DNA from: Nannocystis pusilla | GTDB lineage: Bacteria > Myxococcota_A > Polyangia > Nannocystales > Nannocystaceae | DNA: 64,000 nucleotides | Direction: 5' to 3' (one strand) | Assembly (NCBI RefSeq): GCF_049337375.1 | Contig: NZ_JBMPIV010000015.1 | Shown here: in pieces, positions 40,369 through 50,402 of the stretch | Layout: each line of letters opens with the position of its first letter | How positions within the stretch are numbered: the stretch's first letter is position 1 | Program-made: the position numbers and the translations under genes | The notes under the pieces: generated by a model | Told to the model about the DNA's origin: nothing | The model's input: only the letters and a program-made list of their open reading frames with translations | Databases searched by the model: none

Positions 40369-40941
40369 GCCGGACAGGGTCACGTACAGCACCGGGACGG
40401 CGATGCCGAGCAGCACGAACACGCCGCCGCGGCCGACCAGGCCCTTGCGGCCGGGCAGCATGAACAGGCCCGAGGCGGCGAGGAACAGCAGGAACACGGC
40501 GTAGCCGTCGGCGATGTAGGTCCAGGCCTTCTTGCCGCGGTTCAGGTGCAGCCAGTTGGCGACCCGCAGCAAGAGGCGCGGGCGCTGGCCGTCCTCGAGG
40601 ACGACGCCGCTGTCGAGGTCGACGTGGAGGGTGCTGCCGTCGAGGAGGATCGACAGCTCCCGCGCGTCGCTGCGGTAGACCTCGGTCGGCGGGCGGGGGA
40701 GGGCGAGCTCGGCGAGGACCTTGTCGGCGGCGGCGCGGTCGTCCTCGGGCAGCGGCACGGCGACCTGGTGGCGCGCCTCGTAGTTGTCGAAGTTCGGGTC
40801 CCAGTCGGCGATGTGATTGACCGCGAGGCCCGACAGCGCGTAGACGAAGGTGAGGCCGACGGCGACGTAGCCGATGTCGCGGTGGAGGGCGCGCAGCCAC
40901 GGCCGCCAGCGGACCGGGCGCCGGCGCTCGGGCTCAGGCAT
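40360..40941 (-). CDS. PepSY-associated TM-helix membrane protein
   Basis: WLRALHRDIGYVAVGLTFV motif. Overlaps the upstream Mo-enzyme gene. Confidence 0.55.
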   Translation of the reverse strand: MPEPERRRPVRWRPWLRALHRDIGYVAVGLTFVYALSGLAVNHIADWDPNFDNYEARHQVAVPLPEDDRAAADKVLAELALPRPPTEVYRSDARELSILLDGSTLHVDLDSGVVLEDGQRPRLLLRVANWLHLNRGKKAWTYIADGYAVFLLFLAASGLFMLPGRKGLVGRGGVFVLLGIAVPVLYVTLSGGP

Positions 40942-41656
40942 AGCGCTCTTCCTTCCACGGGTCGGCGTGGTTGTTGTAGCCGCGGGTCTCCCAGTAGCCG
41001 GGCTCGTCGCGGGCGACGAACTTGATGCCGGTCAGCCACTTGGTGCTCTTCCAGAAGTAGAGGCCGGGCACCACGGCGCGCACCGGGCTGCCGTGCGGGC
41101 GCGCGAGCGGCTTGCCGGCGTGGCGGTGGGCGACCAGGACGTCGGGCGCGAGCGCCTCGGCGAGCAGGACGTTGGCGGTGTAGCCGTGGGCGCCCTCGAA
41201 CACGACGTGGCGCGCGGTCTTCTTCAGGCCTGCCTTTTCGGCCAGGCGACTGACGCGCACGCCCTTCCACGCCGCGCCGAGCAGCGACCAGCCGGTGACG
41301 CAGTGGACGTCGGCCTCGAGCTCGGTCTGCGGCTCGGCGAGCAGGCCGTTCCAGTCGAGCTCGAACGGCCTCTCGACCTCGCCGTAGACCTTGATCTGGA
41401 CGTCGGCGGGGCTCGGCGAGCCGGGCACGCCGCCCATCGGCCGCAGCGCCTCGAGCACGCGCTGGCCGGGCGGGAGGCGCGGGCGGCCGTCGGCGAGGGT
41501 CATGGCCTTGGCCTCGCGCGTGAGGCGGTCGTTCAGGACCCACAACATGCCGCCGCCCATGGCGGCGACGACGGTGCCGCTGGCGGCGCGGGCGAGGAAG
41601 TCGCGCCGGCTCATGGCGGCGGACACGGCGGGAGGCAGCGGGCGAGAGGCGGACAT
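40934..41656 (-). CDS. sulfite-oxidase-family molybdopterin oxidoreductase (MsrP/YedY-like), Tat-exported
   Basis: SRRDFL Tat motif. HCVTGWS...VVPGLYFWKSTKWLTGIKF...PGYWE. Confidence 0.75.
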   Translation of the reverse strand: MSASRPLPPAVSAAMSRRDFLARAASGTVVAAMGGGMLWVLNDRLTREAKAMTLADGRPRLPPGQRVLEALRPMGGVPGSPSPADVQIKVYGEVERPFELDWNGLLAEPQTELEADVHCVTGWSLLGAAWKGVRVSRLAEKAGLKKTARHVVFEGAHGYTANVLLAEALAPDVLVAHRHAGKPLARPHGSPVRAVVPGLYFWKSTKWLTGIKFVARDEPGYWETRGYNNHADPWKEERYA

Positions 41657-41699
41657 CGTTCGACCTTCCGGCTCGGACAACGCGGGGCCGCGGCGACTG

Positions 41700-42104
41700 T
41701 TACGCCGGGGGACGGACCCGCAGCCGCAGGGTACCGTCGGCCGCCTGGGTGGTGTCGACGGCCAGGCCGGCGGCGCTCGCCGCGGCGCGCACGCGGGCGG
41801 CCGCCAGCGCCCGGGTGAGCGGGGCCACCAGGCGCTCGGCCAGGACGGCGCGATCGTGCTCGCCGCACACCAAAACGAAGGTGCTGCCGGCCGCGCGCAG
41901 GCCGAAGTCGGCGACGGCCCCCAGCGTGCCCGCGGGCAGGCGCAGGTCGACCGGCTCGCCGGCGCACTCGAAGTTGCCCTCGAGCATGAGGCCACCGGGG
42001 ATCTCCGCGACCTCGGCGCGAAGCTCCAGCTCGGCCAGCGCGGCCTCCAGGTCAGCCCGCGCGAGCTCGCGGGCGCCGAGGTCGAGGCGGACGTAGCGGC
42101 TCAT
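41700..42104 (-). CDS. hypothetical protein
   Basis: Start re-derived at MSRYVRLDLG. ATGA overlap with the upstream Zn-ribbon ORF. Confidence 0.4.
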   Translation of the reverse strand: MSRYVRLDLGARELARADLEAALAELELRAEVAEIPGGLMLEGNFECAGEPVDLRLPAGTLGAVADFGLRAAGSTFVLVCGEHDRAVLAERLVAPLTRALAAARVRAAASAAGLAVDTTQAADGTLRLRVRPPA

Positions 42105-42283
42105 GGCTTGCTGTCCTTCGGGGCATGGCACAAAGGACATGTCTCTTCGGCTAGGCGCACCAGCCAGCCGCAGCGGGCGCAGGCGGCCGCGGGGGTCGGC
42201 TCGGGCAGGTCGGGGGCGCCGGCAGGCTCGTCCAGCGCGGGCAGCTCGAGCTGCTGCTGGGCGAGGTTGCGCGCGCGGGACAC
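42101..42283 (-). CDS. small zinc-ribbon protein (CxxC...CxxC)
   Basis: CARCGW...CPLCH. Its 3' end coincides with a GGACATGTCC-type repeat. Confidence 0.4.
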   Translation of the reverse strand: MSRARNLAQQQLELPALDEPAGAPDLPEPTPAAACARCGWLVRLAEETCPLCHAPKDSKP

Positions 42284-42380
42284 GGCCAGAGGCTGACCCG
42301 AGCGGGCCGGCCTGGCAAATTCTCGCCGGATGAGCGCGCCGGGGGCCGTGCAGGAGCGCGCTCAGGGCGAGCAGGACGGC

Positions 42381-43112
42381 TCAGGTGCGCCCGGCGGCGG
42401 GCTGGCCGGCGAGGCCCTCGGTCGCCCACAGGACGGCGAGGCGGCGCAGCTGGTGCGCGCTGTGGGCCCCGAGCTTGAGCTTGAGGTTGGACTGGTGGGT
42501 CTCGACGGTCTTGATCGAGATCTTGAGCGACTCGGCGATGTTGCGGGTGTCGTGCCCGCGGCCCAGCAGCTCGAACACCTCGAGCTCGCGGTCGCTGAGG
42601 TTCTCGATGCCGGTGCCGGCCCGCGGGCGCGAGACCATGGCGTTCAGCATCGTCTCGGCCAGCTGCTCGCTCACCGCCAGCTCGCCCTTCAGCGACTTGC
42701 GGATGGCGCCGACGATCCGCTCGGCCGGCACGTGCTTCATCAAGTAGCCGTGGGCGCCGGCCCGCAGCACCCGCTCGCCGAACAGCTGCTCGTCGTGCAT
42801 CGACAGCACCAGCAGCTTGAGCTCGGGCCAGGCGGCGCGGATCTGCTTGATCAGATCGATGCCGCTGCCGGTCTTGAGCGAGAGGTCGACGACCGCGAGG
42901 TCGACGGGCTTCTCGCGCAGGATCGCCAGGGCGGCCTCGGCGTCCTCGGCCTCACCGACGACCTCCAGGTCGGTCTCGGCTCCGAGGAGCTGCGACAGGC
43001 CGAGGCGGAAGATCGGGTGGTCGTCGACGAGGAGGACCCGCGCCGGCGACGAGGGCTGGTCCGCGGGTCCTGTTCCTTGAGACAGGGGAGTGATCGGCGG
43101 CTGCACGGTCAT
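42381..43112 (-). CDS. NarL/FixJ-family response regulator (REC + LuxR HTH)
   Basis: VLLVDDHPIFR...D (REC domain). LSDRELEVFELLGRGHDTRNIAESLKISIKTVETH (LuxR HTH). Confidence 0.85.
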   Translation of the reverse strand: MTVQPPITPLSQGTGPADQPSSPARVLLVDDHPIFRLGLSQLLGAETDLEVVGEAEDAEAALAILREKPVDLAVVDLSLKTGSGIDLIKQIRAAWPELKLLVLSMHDEQLFGERVLRAGAHGYLMKHVPAERIVGAIRKSLKGELAVSEQLAETMLNAMVSRPRAGTGIENLSDRELEVFELLGRGHDTRNIAESLKISIKTVETHQSNLKLKLGAHSAHQLRRLAVLWATEGLAGQPAAGRT

Positions 43113-43391
43113 AATGAGCGCTCGTACAGTATCCCATAGCCGTGATCGCAGTGTCACGCACCTGGAGTTCGCAGGATGGGTGGGACGTGAGCACGAAAAT
43201 TCCCACAAGACTCGCAGCAGGTTTGGCGGTGCGAGTCACGTTCGCTCGCGACATCGTGCTCGCTTGAATTGTGTTCAACAGCACACCGTGCGAACCACCG
43301 TTCGCCGGCCATCCTCGGGCGATTGGCGCGGTTGTGCAGACATTGCGCGACCGCAGGTCACGCGCCGCATTGGAACTTAAAGACAGGTTCC

Positions 43392-44888
43392 TCAAGCCCT
43401 GCGGGCCGCAGCGCTCGCCCACGCCCGCAGGGCCGTGATTTCGCCGGCACGACTGCGACTGAGCGGGATGGTCGCGGCGAGCGCGCGAGCGAGGTCGCGG
43501 CGCGCGAGCGGTCGCGACTCGGCGAACGCGTCGAGGCGAGCCTCCACGATCGCGCCCTCGATCTCGGCGCCCGAGAGTCCGTCGGCCGCGCGCACGAGGT
43601 CGACGAGGTCGGGCAACGGATCAGCGAGGACCGGGGCGGCGCCCATGTGCGAGCGCGGCGCATGCTCGAGATGGATCTCCGCGATGGCAGCGCGTTCGTC
43701 CGCATCGGGCAGGTCGACGAAGAAGATCTCGTCGAGACGGCCGCGACGTGTCAGCTCGGGCGGCAGACGCGTGACCTGATTGGCGGTGGCGACCACGAAC
43801 ACCGGACGACGGCGCTCCTGCAGCCACGTCAGCAGGCCGCCCAGCACGCGCGCCGCGGTGCCGGCGTCGCTGGCCGGGCCCTCGCTGCCGGCCAGGCCCT
43901 TGTCGAGCTCGTCGATCCACAGGGCGACCGGAGCGATGCGCTCGACCGTCGCGGTGACGCGGCGCAGGTTGGCCTCGCTCTCGCCGAGCGTGCCGCCGTA
44001 GAGCCGGCCCGGCTCCAGCCGCAGGAGGCCGAGGCCGAGCGCGTGGGCGCAGACGCGGGCCGCCAGGCTCTTGCCGCAGCCCTGCACGCCGACGAGCAGG
44101 ACGCCGCGCGGGTCGGGGATCGCCGCGGCGCGGGCCTCGGGGCGGAGGGCGAGGGCGCGGCGGGCCAGCCACTGCTTGAGCTGCGCGAGGCCGCCGAGCA
44201 TGTCGGAAGGGACAGGTTCGACGCGCTCGAGCAGACCGCCGCGGCGCAGCAGCTCGGCCTTGCCGGCGCCGAGCTCGGCGAGCGCGGCGTCGTCGGCGGG
44301 GACGTGGGCGGCGCGGCGCAGCAGTCGACGGGCCTGGTGCTCGGACAGGCCGAGCGCGGCGTGGGCGAGCTGCGAGGCGCGGCGATCGAGCGCGGCGGCA
44401 GGGCCGGGACGGCCGGCGATCCGCAGCTCGTCGACGAGGTCGGCGGCGAGGCCGGTGAGCTCGTCGGCGTCGGGCAGCTCGAGCTCCAGCAGCTCGAGCT
44501 CGGGGATGGCGACGAGCGCAGGCGCGAGGTCGCCGACGACGACGACCGCGGGCCCGACGCTGCGCTGCGCGAGCTCGCGGAGGGCCCGCAAGGCGACGGG
44601 CTCGAGCGGCGGCGGATCGAGCAGCACCCACAAACCGGGATCGGGGTCGCGCAGGAGGCCGCGCAGGAGGTCGGCCAGCGGCTCGGGGGCGCCGAGGCCG
44701 TCGCGCCCGCCGGCGGCGCTCCAGGTGTGGACGGGCCAGTCGAGCCGCTCGCCGACGTCCTCGCACAGCCGCAGCGCCCGCGCCTCGTCGACCGCGCGCA
44801 GGCCCAGGCCGCGCGCCCCGGCCTGCAGCGCCTCGCGCAGGCGGAGGCGCGCGCGCGCGAACGGGGTGTCCTTCAGGTCATGTCTCAT
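43392..44888 (-). CDS. AAA+ ATPase with ~230-aa N-terminal domain of unknown function
   Basis: Walker A GVQGCGKS, Walker B LWIDELDK, and sensor-2 RRGRLDEIFFVDLPD. Confidence 0.75.
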   Translation of the reverse strand: MRHDLKDTPFARARLRLREALQAGARGLGLRAVDEARALRLCEDVGERLDWPVHTWSAAGGRDGLGAPEPLADLLRGLLRDPDPGLWVLLDPPPLEPVALRALRELAQRSVGPAVVVVGDLAPALVAIPELELLELELPDADELTGLAADLVDELRIAGRPGPAAALDRRASQLAHAALGLSEHQARRLLRRAAHVPADDAALAELGAGKAELLRRGGLLERVEPVPSDMLGGLAQLKQWLARRALALRPEARAAAIPDPRGVLLVGVQGCGKSLAARVCAHALGLGLLRLEPGRLYGGTLGESEANLRRVTATVERIAPVALWIDELDKGLAGSEGPASDAGTAARVLGGLLTWLQERRRPVFVVATANQVTRLPPELTRRGRLDEIFFVDLPDADERAAIAEIHLEHAPRSHMGAAPVLADPLPDLVDLVRAADGLSGAEIEGAIVEARLDAFAESRPLARRDLARALAATIPLSRSRAGEITALRAWASAAARRA

Positions 44889-44926
44889 AGCGCATGTCCT
44901 TCGGACCATGTCAGCCACGCGGCCAG
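44866..44926. repeat. GGACATGTCC-family palindromic repeat array
   Basis: gtgtccttcaggtcatgtctcatagcgcatgtccttcggaccatgtcagcc. Confidence 0.7.
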
Positions 44927-45628
44927 CAGGTGACCCTGGGCGGCGACCGACACCGGGCCGTCGTCCGGGAAGCAGAAGCCGTTCAGCCACAGGCGGGCGC
45001 CGCGGAGGCGCGCGAGGCGGCCGTGGAGCAGCGCGAGGTCGGCGCCGCAGGCGCGGGCGAGCTCGGCGCGGGCGCGCGGCGGGATCGTGTCTGGCCAAAA
45101 GGACAGGCGGTAGGCGGGCTTGCCGTCGACGCGGAGGACGTCGAGGCGCAGCGCGCCGCTCGGATCGGCGGCGACGAGCTGGGCGCGCCGCAGCAGGTCG
45201 GGGAACGGCCGCGCCCGCGAGCCGCGGAAGTCGAGGGCGAAGAACACCGGCGCGGCGGCGGAGCCGGGCAGGGCGCGGGTGAGGCCGCGAGCGAGGGCGC
45301 GGGCCGCCGCCTCGAGCGCGCCGGGGACCTGCGGCAGCGTGAGCAGGCCGGCGACCGCGGCGGGGCTGCCCGCGGCCGCGAGGGCGGCGACGACGGCCCG
45401 CAGGCGGCCCGGGGCGCGCGGCGCCAGGGCCACCAGGCGAGCGACGGCGGGCTCGTCGAACTCGCCGCGGACGAGCAGCTCGTCGAGCTCGCGCAGGGCC
45501 TCGTCGGCGTCGCCGGCGGCGGGCGGGGCGGGGACCAACCAGAGGTGCGGGCCGGCCTGGTCGCGGGCGCGGTCGAGGGCCGCGAGGGTGTCCGATGGGA
45601 CAGGTCCGTCCGAGCGCCGGCCGCTCAC
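44885..45628 (-). CDS. hypothetical protein translationally coupled to the AAA+ ATPase
   Basis: ATGA overlap with the downstream gene. No recognisable motif. Confidence 0.4.
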   Translation of the reverse strand: MSGRRSDGPVPSDTLAALDRARDQAGPHLWLVPAPPAAGDADEALRELDELLVRGEFDEPAVARLVALAPRAPGRLRAVVAALAAAGSPAAVAGLLTLPQVPGALEAAARALARGLTRALPGSAAAPVFFALDFRGSRARPFPDLLRRAQLVAADPSGALRLDVLRVDGKPAYRLSFWPDTIPPRARAELARACGADLALLHGRLARLRGARLWLNGFCFPDDGPVSVAAQGHLLAAWLTWSEGHAL

Positions 45629-45629
45629 G

Positions 45630-46106
45630 TCACCGCTCCCGTATGGCCCTGTCGATCTCGCGCTTCTGCTCGCGCTCCTTGATCGAGGCCCGTTTGTCGT
45701 AGGTCTTCTTGCCGCGGCACAGCGCCAGCTCGAGCTTGATCCGGCCGTTGCGGGCCAGCAGGGCCAGAGGGATCAACGTGAGCCCGGCCTGATCGACCGC
45801 GTCGGTCAGGTGATCGAGCTCCTTGCGGTGCAGCAGCAGCTTGCGCGGGCGCAGCGGCAGGTGGTTGCGGTCGTGCGCCTGCGTGTACTCGCCGATGTGC
45901 GATTGATAGAGGAAGAGCTGGTCGCCCTGGAACTGGCAGTACGACTCGCCCAGGCTGGCGCGGCCGTCGCGGATCGACTTGACCTCGCTGCCCATGAGCG
46001 CGAGGCCGGCCTCGTAGCGCTCGAGGACCTCGTACTCGAAGGTGGCTCGGCGGTTCTGGACGAAGATGTGGCCGTCCTTCGTCGCGGTCTTGTCGGTCTT
46101 CTTCAC
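45630..46106 (-). CDS. smpB: SsrA-binding protein
   Basis: FEYEVLERYEAGLALMGSEVKS... Confidence 0.9.
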   Translation of the reverse strand: MKKTDKTATKDGHIFVQNRRATFEYEVLERYEAGLALMGSEVKSIRDGRASLGESYCQFQGDQLFLYQSHIGEYTQAHDRNHLPLRPRKLLLHRKELDHLTDAVDQAGLTLIPLALLARNGRIKLELALCRGKKTYDKRASIKEREQKREIDRAIRER

Positions 46107-46121
46107 GGCGGGGGTGGAAAG

Positions 46122-46802
46122 CTACAAAGCGGACCGCAGGAGGGCAAGTCCGGCGGCGCGGGCGGCCCCTGCGGCCCGAGCGGCGGCGAGGCAGGCGGTC
46201 AGGGTGGCGCCGGTGGTGGTCACGTCGTCGACCACGAGGACGCGCCGGCCGACGAGCGACCGCCCGGCTCGCACGACGACCGCCCCGGCGAGGTTGTGCC
46301 GGCGCGCCGGCCCGTCGAGCTCGCTCTGCGGCGTCGTGGCGCGCGTGCGCTGCAGGAGCCGCGGCTCGAGGCGGGCGCCGGTCGGGTGCTCGCGCGCGGC
46401 CCAGCGAGCCAGCAGGGCGGCCTGGTTGAAGCCGCGGGCGAGGGCGCGGCGCCAGTGCAAGGGCACCGGCGCGACGAGATCCCAGCCCTCGCGCCACACC
46501 GGCGCGTGGGCGAGGAGCCGGCCCAGCGGCCCGGCGAGCTCGAGCTCGCCGACGAACTTGAGCCGCCGGACGGCCGCGGCGAGCGGGCCGTCATAAAGGA
46601 AGCAGGCCTCCACGTCGCCGACGCGCCGCGCAGCCGGGTCGAGCCGCGCGAGCTCGGGGGCGCAGCGGCTGCACAGGGGCGGCACGCCCCCGGCCGGCGG
46701 GGCCCGGAGCAGGTGACGACAGGCGATGCACACCGGCGGCGCGAGGAAGTCGAGGAGCACACGGAGAGGTCGTGTGAACCGCCGTCGTTGTTGCACGCGC
46801 AA
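46122..46802 (-). CDS. comF: ComF-family protein (N-terminal Cys4 Zn finger + phosphoribosyltransferase domain)
   Basis: CIACRH...CSRC. PRTase motif VLVVDDVTTTGATL. Confidence 0.75.
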   Translation of the reverse strand: MRVQQRRRFTRPLRVLLDFLAPPVCIACRHLLRAPPAGGVPPLCSRCAPELARLDPAARRVGDVEACFLYDGPLAAAVRRLKFVGELELAGPLGRLLAHAPVWREGWDLVAPVPLHWRRALARGFNQAALLARWAAREHPTGARLEPRLLQRTRATTPQSELDGPARRHNLAGAVVVRAGRSLVGRRVLVVDDVTTTGATLTACLAAARAAGAARAAGLALLRSAL

Positions 46803-47039
46803 GAGATCGCGCTGGAGATCGCGTCGAATTCACAGCACAAGAGGCGTGTGAAGATCATTTCGCCGTCCGATGCAAGCAGGCGGTCATGCGCACGATCGCC
46901 GCCAGTGCCGAGAAATTCGCCGGATCTGCGGCGATGCTCGCGATCCACGGCGGAGGAAGACGCACACATCGCCGCTGGGCGTGATCTGGCGTGCAAATCG
47001 CGGCAGTGGGCGGCACGCTAATTCCAAGGAGGCCGCGTC

Positions 47040-47567
47040 ATGCTCGCACACGATCTCGGATCTCTCAGCGTCGGAACGGTCTTGACGACTTCCACCTTCA
47101 CGGTGAAGCCGGCCGATCTGACTGCGCATGTGGAGTCCAGCTTCTTGGGACAGGTAGTGGGTTGCGGAGAGGAGATGCTGTCGACCGGGAGCGTGTCCGG
47201 CGGCGGCGCGCCGGAGCCGTGGGGTCGAGTTTGTCCGCTGCCGGTCGCGTTCGGTCGGGCGCTGTCGGCCCTGGCCCACAGCGAGCCGTTCCGCGACGTC
47301 GCGCTGACGCTGCGCAGCATCAGTCGCGTGCGGCGCTTCGGTGAGGTGCTGGTGGGGGAGCCGCTGACTGCGATCGCGACGGTGCGCTTCCGCAGCGGCA
47401 GAGTACCGAATGCGACGCACGTGACGCTCGCCGTCGAGGTCCACCGCGAGAGCCAGCGCGGCCGCGTCGGTGCGACCGCGCTGAGCTTCGAGGTCGGGCT
47501 CGAGCTGCGATCGCTGGCGAGCGCCGCTGCAGAGGTGCAGATGGCCGGCGGCGCCGCCGCCGCTTGA
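47040..47567 (+). CDS. hypothetical protein (possible hotdog-fold)
   Basis: AAGGAGG RBS before ATG 47040. 175 aa. Confidence 0.45.
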   Translation: MLAHDLGSLSVGTVLTTSTFTVKPADLTAHVESSFLGQVVGCGEEMLSTGSVSGGGAPEPWGRVCPLPVAFGRALSALAHSEPFRDVALTLRSISRVRRFGEVLVGEPLTAIATVRFRSGRVPNATHVTLAVEVHRESQRGRVGATALSFEVGLELRSLASAAAEVQMAGGAAAA

Positions 47568-47840
47568 GGCCTGCTTTCGGGCTCCTTTCGCCGGGCTCGC
47601 CGCGCCGCGTCATGGTTTTCGGACCATGTCTCAAGATGCAGTCCGTCGCACACGCGACCTGCGCAGTGGCCCGCGGTCCGGTAACGCCGCTGGGTGGTCT
47701 TTGAGACAGAGGCCGACGGGGCCTGCGCCAGGCTACGCGGCGCGTTTCCGCGCGAGGGCTGAGATAATCTTCTCGGCCACGATCGGGTGCGCATCAGCTT
47801 GCCAAGGCGGATCCCCTGTGTGACCTTCAGTCTGCGGCGC

Positions 47841-48935
47841 ATGCTCTACGAGGACCGCTACAAGCTGATTTTGGCCGCGTGCCAGGACATTCGCCGGCAT
47901 CGCGAGCAGGTCGCCAAGACGGTGATAGCGAGCCAGCTCCTCGACGCCCTCGACGTCGATGTCCCGAGCGACGCGCTGTTGTCCCACATCGTCGCCGAGT
48001 CGCTGTTGCGACGGATCGACCGCAACCTGCTGTCGGGGCGGAACTTGTACCTGCAAGCCGAGAAGCGGCCGCAGATCGACCTGTTCACGCTGCTGCAGCG
48101 GGCGATCCCGGCGGTGCCGCAGGGCTACGCGCTGGCCAACCAGTACCTCGTGCACGCGATGCGGCAGTCGAGCACGCCGGCGCTGCTCGAGATCGGGATC
48201 GGCAAGGGCCTGCAGATCGTCGCGCTGCTGCGGGCGCTCGCGCGCGACCCCGGCAAGATCGAGCGCCTCCGCGTGATCGCGCTCGAGCCGAACCGCACGG
48301 CCCTGAACGAGGGCGTGGCCGCGATCGACGAGGTCCGCGCCGAGCTGCCGTTCGACATCGAGATCTATCCGCTGGTCAAGCTGATCGAGGTCTGCGAGGA
48401 TGCCGACTACGCGCACTTCGAGGCGCTCGCCGAGGGGAGCTTGTCGATCAACGCGGCCTACACGCTGCACCACACCACGGGGCCCGACAGCGACGCGCGC
48501 ACCCGGCTGCTGCGGCGGCTGCGGGCCCTGCGGCCGCGGGTGTTCACGCTGGTGGAGCCGAGCTCGGACCACGACACCGAGCACCTCACCCGGCGCATGC
48601 ACCACTGTTGGCAGCACTTCGCCACGGTGTTCGATCTGGTCGACCGCAGCGACGCGTCCCCCGACGAGAAGTTCGCCATCAAGGAGGGCTTCTTCGGCCG
48701 CGAGGTCCGCGACATCCTCGGCACCAGCGACGCCTTCCGCACCGAGCGCCACGAGACGCTCGAGTCGTGGCTGCTGCGGCTGAAGAAGTCGGGCTTCGTG
48801 CCGTACCCGGCGATCGACCTCGACGTCGACCTGCCCGAGTACTGCCGCTCCTCGGTCAGCTCCGGGCTCGTGCGCCTGTCGTACCGCGGCGTGCCGATCA
48901 TCGCGGTGTTCGCGTTCGCAGGGGAGGCGGGATGA
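47841..48935 (+). CDS. bacterial GRAS-domain protein (Rossmann-fold methyltransferase-like)
   Basis: The C-terminal FRTERHETLESWLLRLKKSGFVPYP matches the GRAS RVER/SAW region (ERHETL.QWR.R...AGF.P). An alternative GTG start lies at 47787. Confidence 0.6.
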   Translation: MLYEDRYKLILAACQDIRRHREQVAKTVIASQLLDALDVDVPSDALLSHIVAESLLRRIDRNLLSGRNLYLQAEKRPQIDLFTLLQRAIPAVPQGYALANQYLVHAMRQSSTPALLEIGIGKGLQIVALLRALARDPGKIERLRVIALEPNRTALNEGVAAIDEVRAELPFDIEIYPLVKLIEVCEDADYAHFEALAEGSLSINAAYTLHHTTGPDSDARTRLLRRLRALRPRVFTLVEPSSDHDTEHLTRRMHHCWQHFATVFDLVDRSDASPDEKFAIKEGFFGREVRDILGTSDAFRTERHETLESWLLRLKKSGFVPYPAIDLDVDLPEYCRSSVSSGLVRLSYRGVPIIAVFAFAGEAG

Positions 48936-49474
48936 GCGACGAGAGCGAGCCGAGCGAGCCGGTGGTCCACGGGGCGCTCATGGGCGGCTTCGCCCAGGCG
49001 TGCGTCAACCTCAACATCGTCGCCGGTCGACGGGCCACCGCGCTGCTGGCCGACATCGACATGGGGCGGTGGTTCCCGCTGTCGAAGTGGATGGAGATCG
49101 AGCGGATGGTCGGCGAGTCGTACGCCAACGTCGAGCCGATCCGGCTCAAGCTCGGCATCGAGATGATGACGTTGTGGTACCACCACGGCCCCGGCAAGGC
49201 GCTCATCCACCGCGGCGCCGACTTTCTGCACTTCCAGACCGGCAGCCACGGCATCGCCAGCGTCATCCGCGGCCCGCGCGAGGTGGTCGGCTCGTTCGAC
49301 CTCGCCGAGTTCGACTCGGAGCGCGGCCACGCCGTGATCCGCTCGTCCACGCCGTTCGACAAGACGATCGAGCGCGGCGTGCTGATCGGCGGGGTGATGG
49401 CGCCCGGCGACCTCTACTACGTCGACGTGACGAACGACGGCGACCCCAACCGGCTCGTGGTGGAGTTCCACTGA
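48932..49474 (+). CDS. hypothetical protein (180 aa), possible sensory/ligand-binding partner
   Basis: GGGGAGG RBS. ATGA overlap with the GRAS gene. No recognised motif. Confidence 0.5.
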   Translation: MSDESEPSEPVVHGALMGGFAQACVNLNIVAGRRATALLADIDMGRWFPLSKWMEIERMVGESYANVEPIRLKLGIEMMTLWYHHGPGKALIHRGADFLHFQTGSHGIASVIRGPREVVGSFDLAEFDSERGHAVIRSSTPFDKTIERGVLIGGVMAPGDLYYVDVTNDGDPNRLVVEFH

Positions 49475-49475
49475 G

Positions 49476-50402
49476 ATGACGCTCGACGAGATCCTCGAGG
49501 GGCGAGACCCCGACCGCCTGTCCGAGCTGTCGCGCGAGGACATGCGCCGGCTGTTCTGGATGTACAAGGGCCTGCTCAAGCGGGTCGAGCGCGACACCGC
49601 CTACTGGCAGGCGACCAACGACAACCTGCGCACCGCGTACGAGCGGCTCGACGAGCAGGAGCGCGAGCTGGCCCGCGCCTACCAGACCATCCGCCAGGAC
49701 CTCGAGATCGCCCAGCAGGTCCAGCACGCGCTGCTGCCGAAGGACCACCCGGAGATGCTCGCGCGCTTCGAGTTCTCGGTCTACCACAAGCAGATGACCG
49801 AGGTCGGCGGCGACTACTATGACTTCTACCGCCTGCGCGACGGCAGCCACGCGATCGGCGTGTTCGACATCTCCGGCCACGGGGTGTCGGCGGCGCTCAT
49901 CATGGCCTACCTCAAGGCCCAGCTGGTCCAGACGATGGAGCAGGTGTCGCGCCCGCGCGACATCGTCGAGTACCTCAACAACGCGACCGTCGGGTTCCTC
50001 CGCGAGGTCCGCCGCTACGCCACCGTCAACTTCGTCGCGTTCGGCGAGCGCACGTTCCGCTACGTGTGCGGCGGCGGCTACGGGGTGCTGGTCCGCGGCG
50101 GCGAGGTCCACACGTTCAACAAGGGCGACCCGTTCATCGGCCTGCGCCGACGCGCGTACAGCGAGTACGAGCTGCCCTTCGAGACAGGTGACGTGCTGGC
50201 GCTGTACACCGACGGCATGGTCGAGGCGCAGGACAGCGCGGGCGCCGACTACAGCACCCGCCGGCTGCACGAGCTCGTGCGCACCAACGCGGAGCTGCCG
50301 GCCAACCAGATCCTCCAGCGGTGCCTCGACGACTACGGGCAGTTCCGTCGCGTCGACGCCGACGACATCACCCTCATCGTGCTGCGGAGGCGGGCGGCGT
50401 GA
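49476..50402 (+). CDS. PP2C-type (SpoIIE/RsbU-like) serine phosphatase
   Basis: GGDYYDF...FDISGHG signature. Confidence 0.8.
   Translation: MTLDEILEGRDPDRLSELSREDMRRLFWMYKGLLKRVERDTAYWQATNDNLRTAYERLDEQERELARAYQTIRQDLEIAQQVQHALLPKDHPEMLARFEFSVYHKQMTEVGGDYYDFYRLRDGSHAIGVFDISGHGVSAALIMAYLKAQLVQTMEQVSRPRDIVEYLNNATVGFLREVRRYATVNFVAFGERTFRYVCGGGYGVLVRGGEVHTFNKGDPFIGLRRRAYSEYELPFETGDVLALYTDGMVEAQDSAGADYSTRRLHELVRTNAELPANQILQRCLDDYGQFRRVDADDITLIVLRRRAA

Noticed and set aside
45120-47021. 633-aa + strand ORF covering smpB and comF on the opposite strand.
   Set aside because: It is antisense to two well-supported conserved genes and is low complexity.
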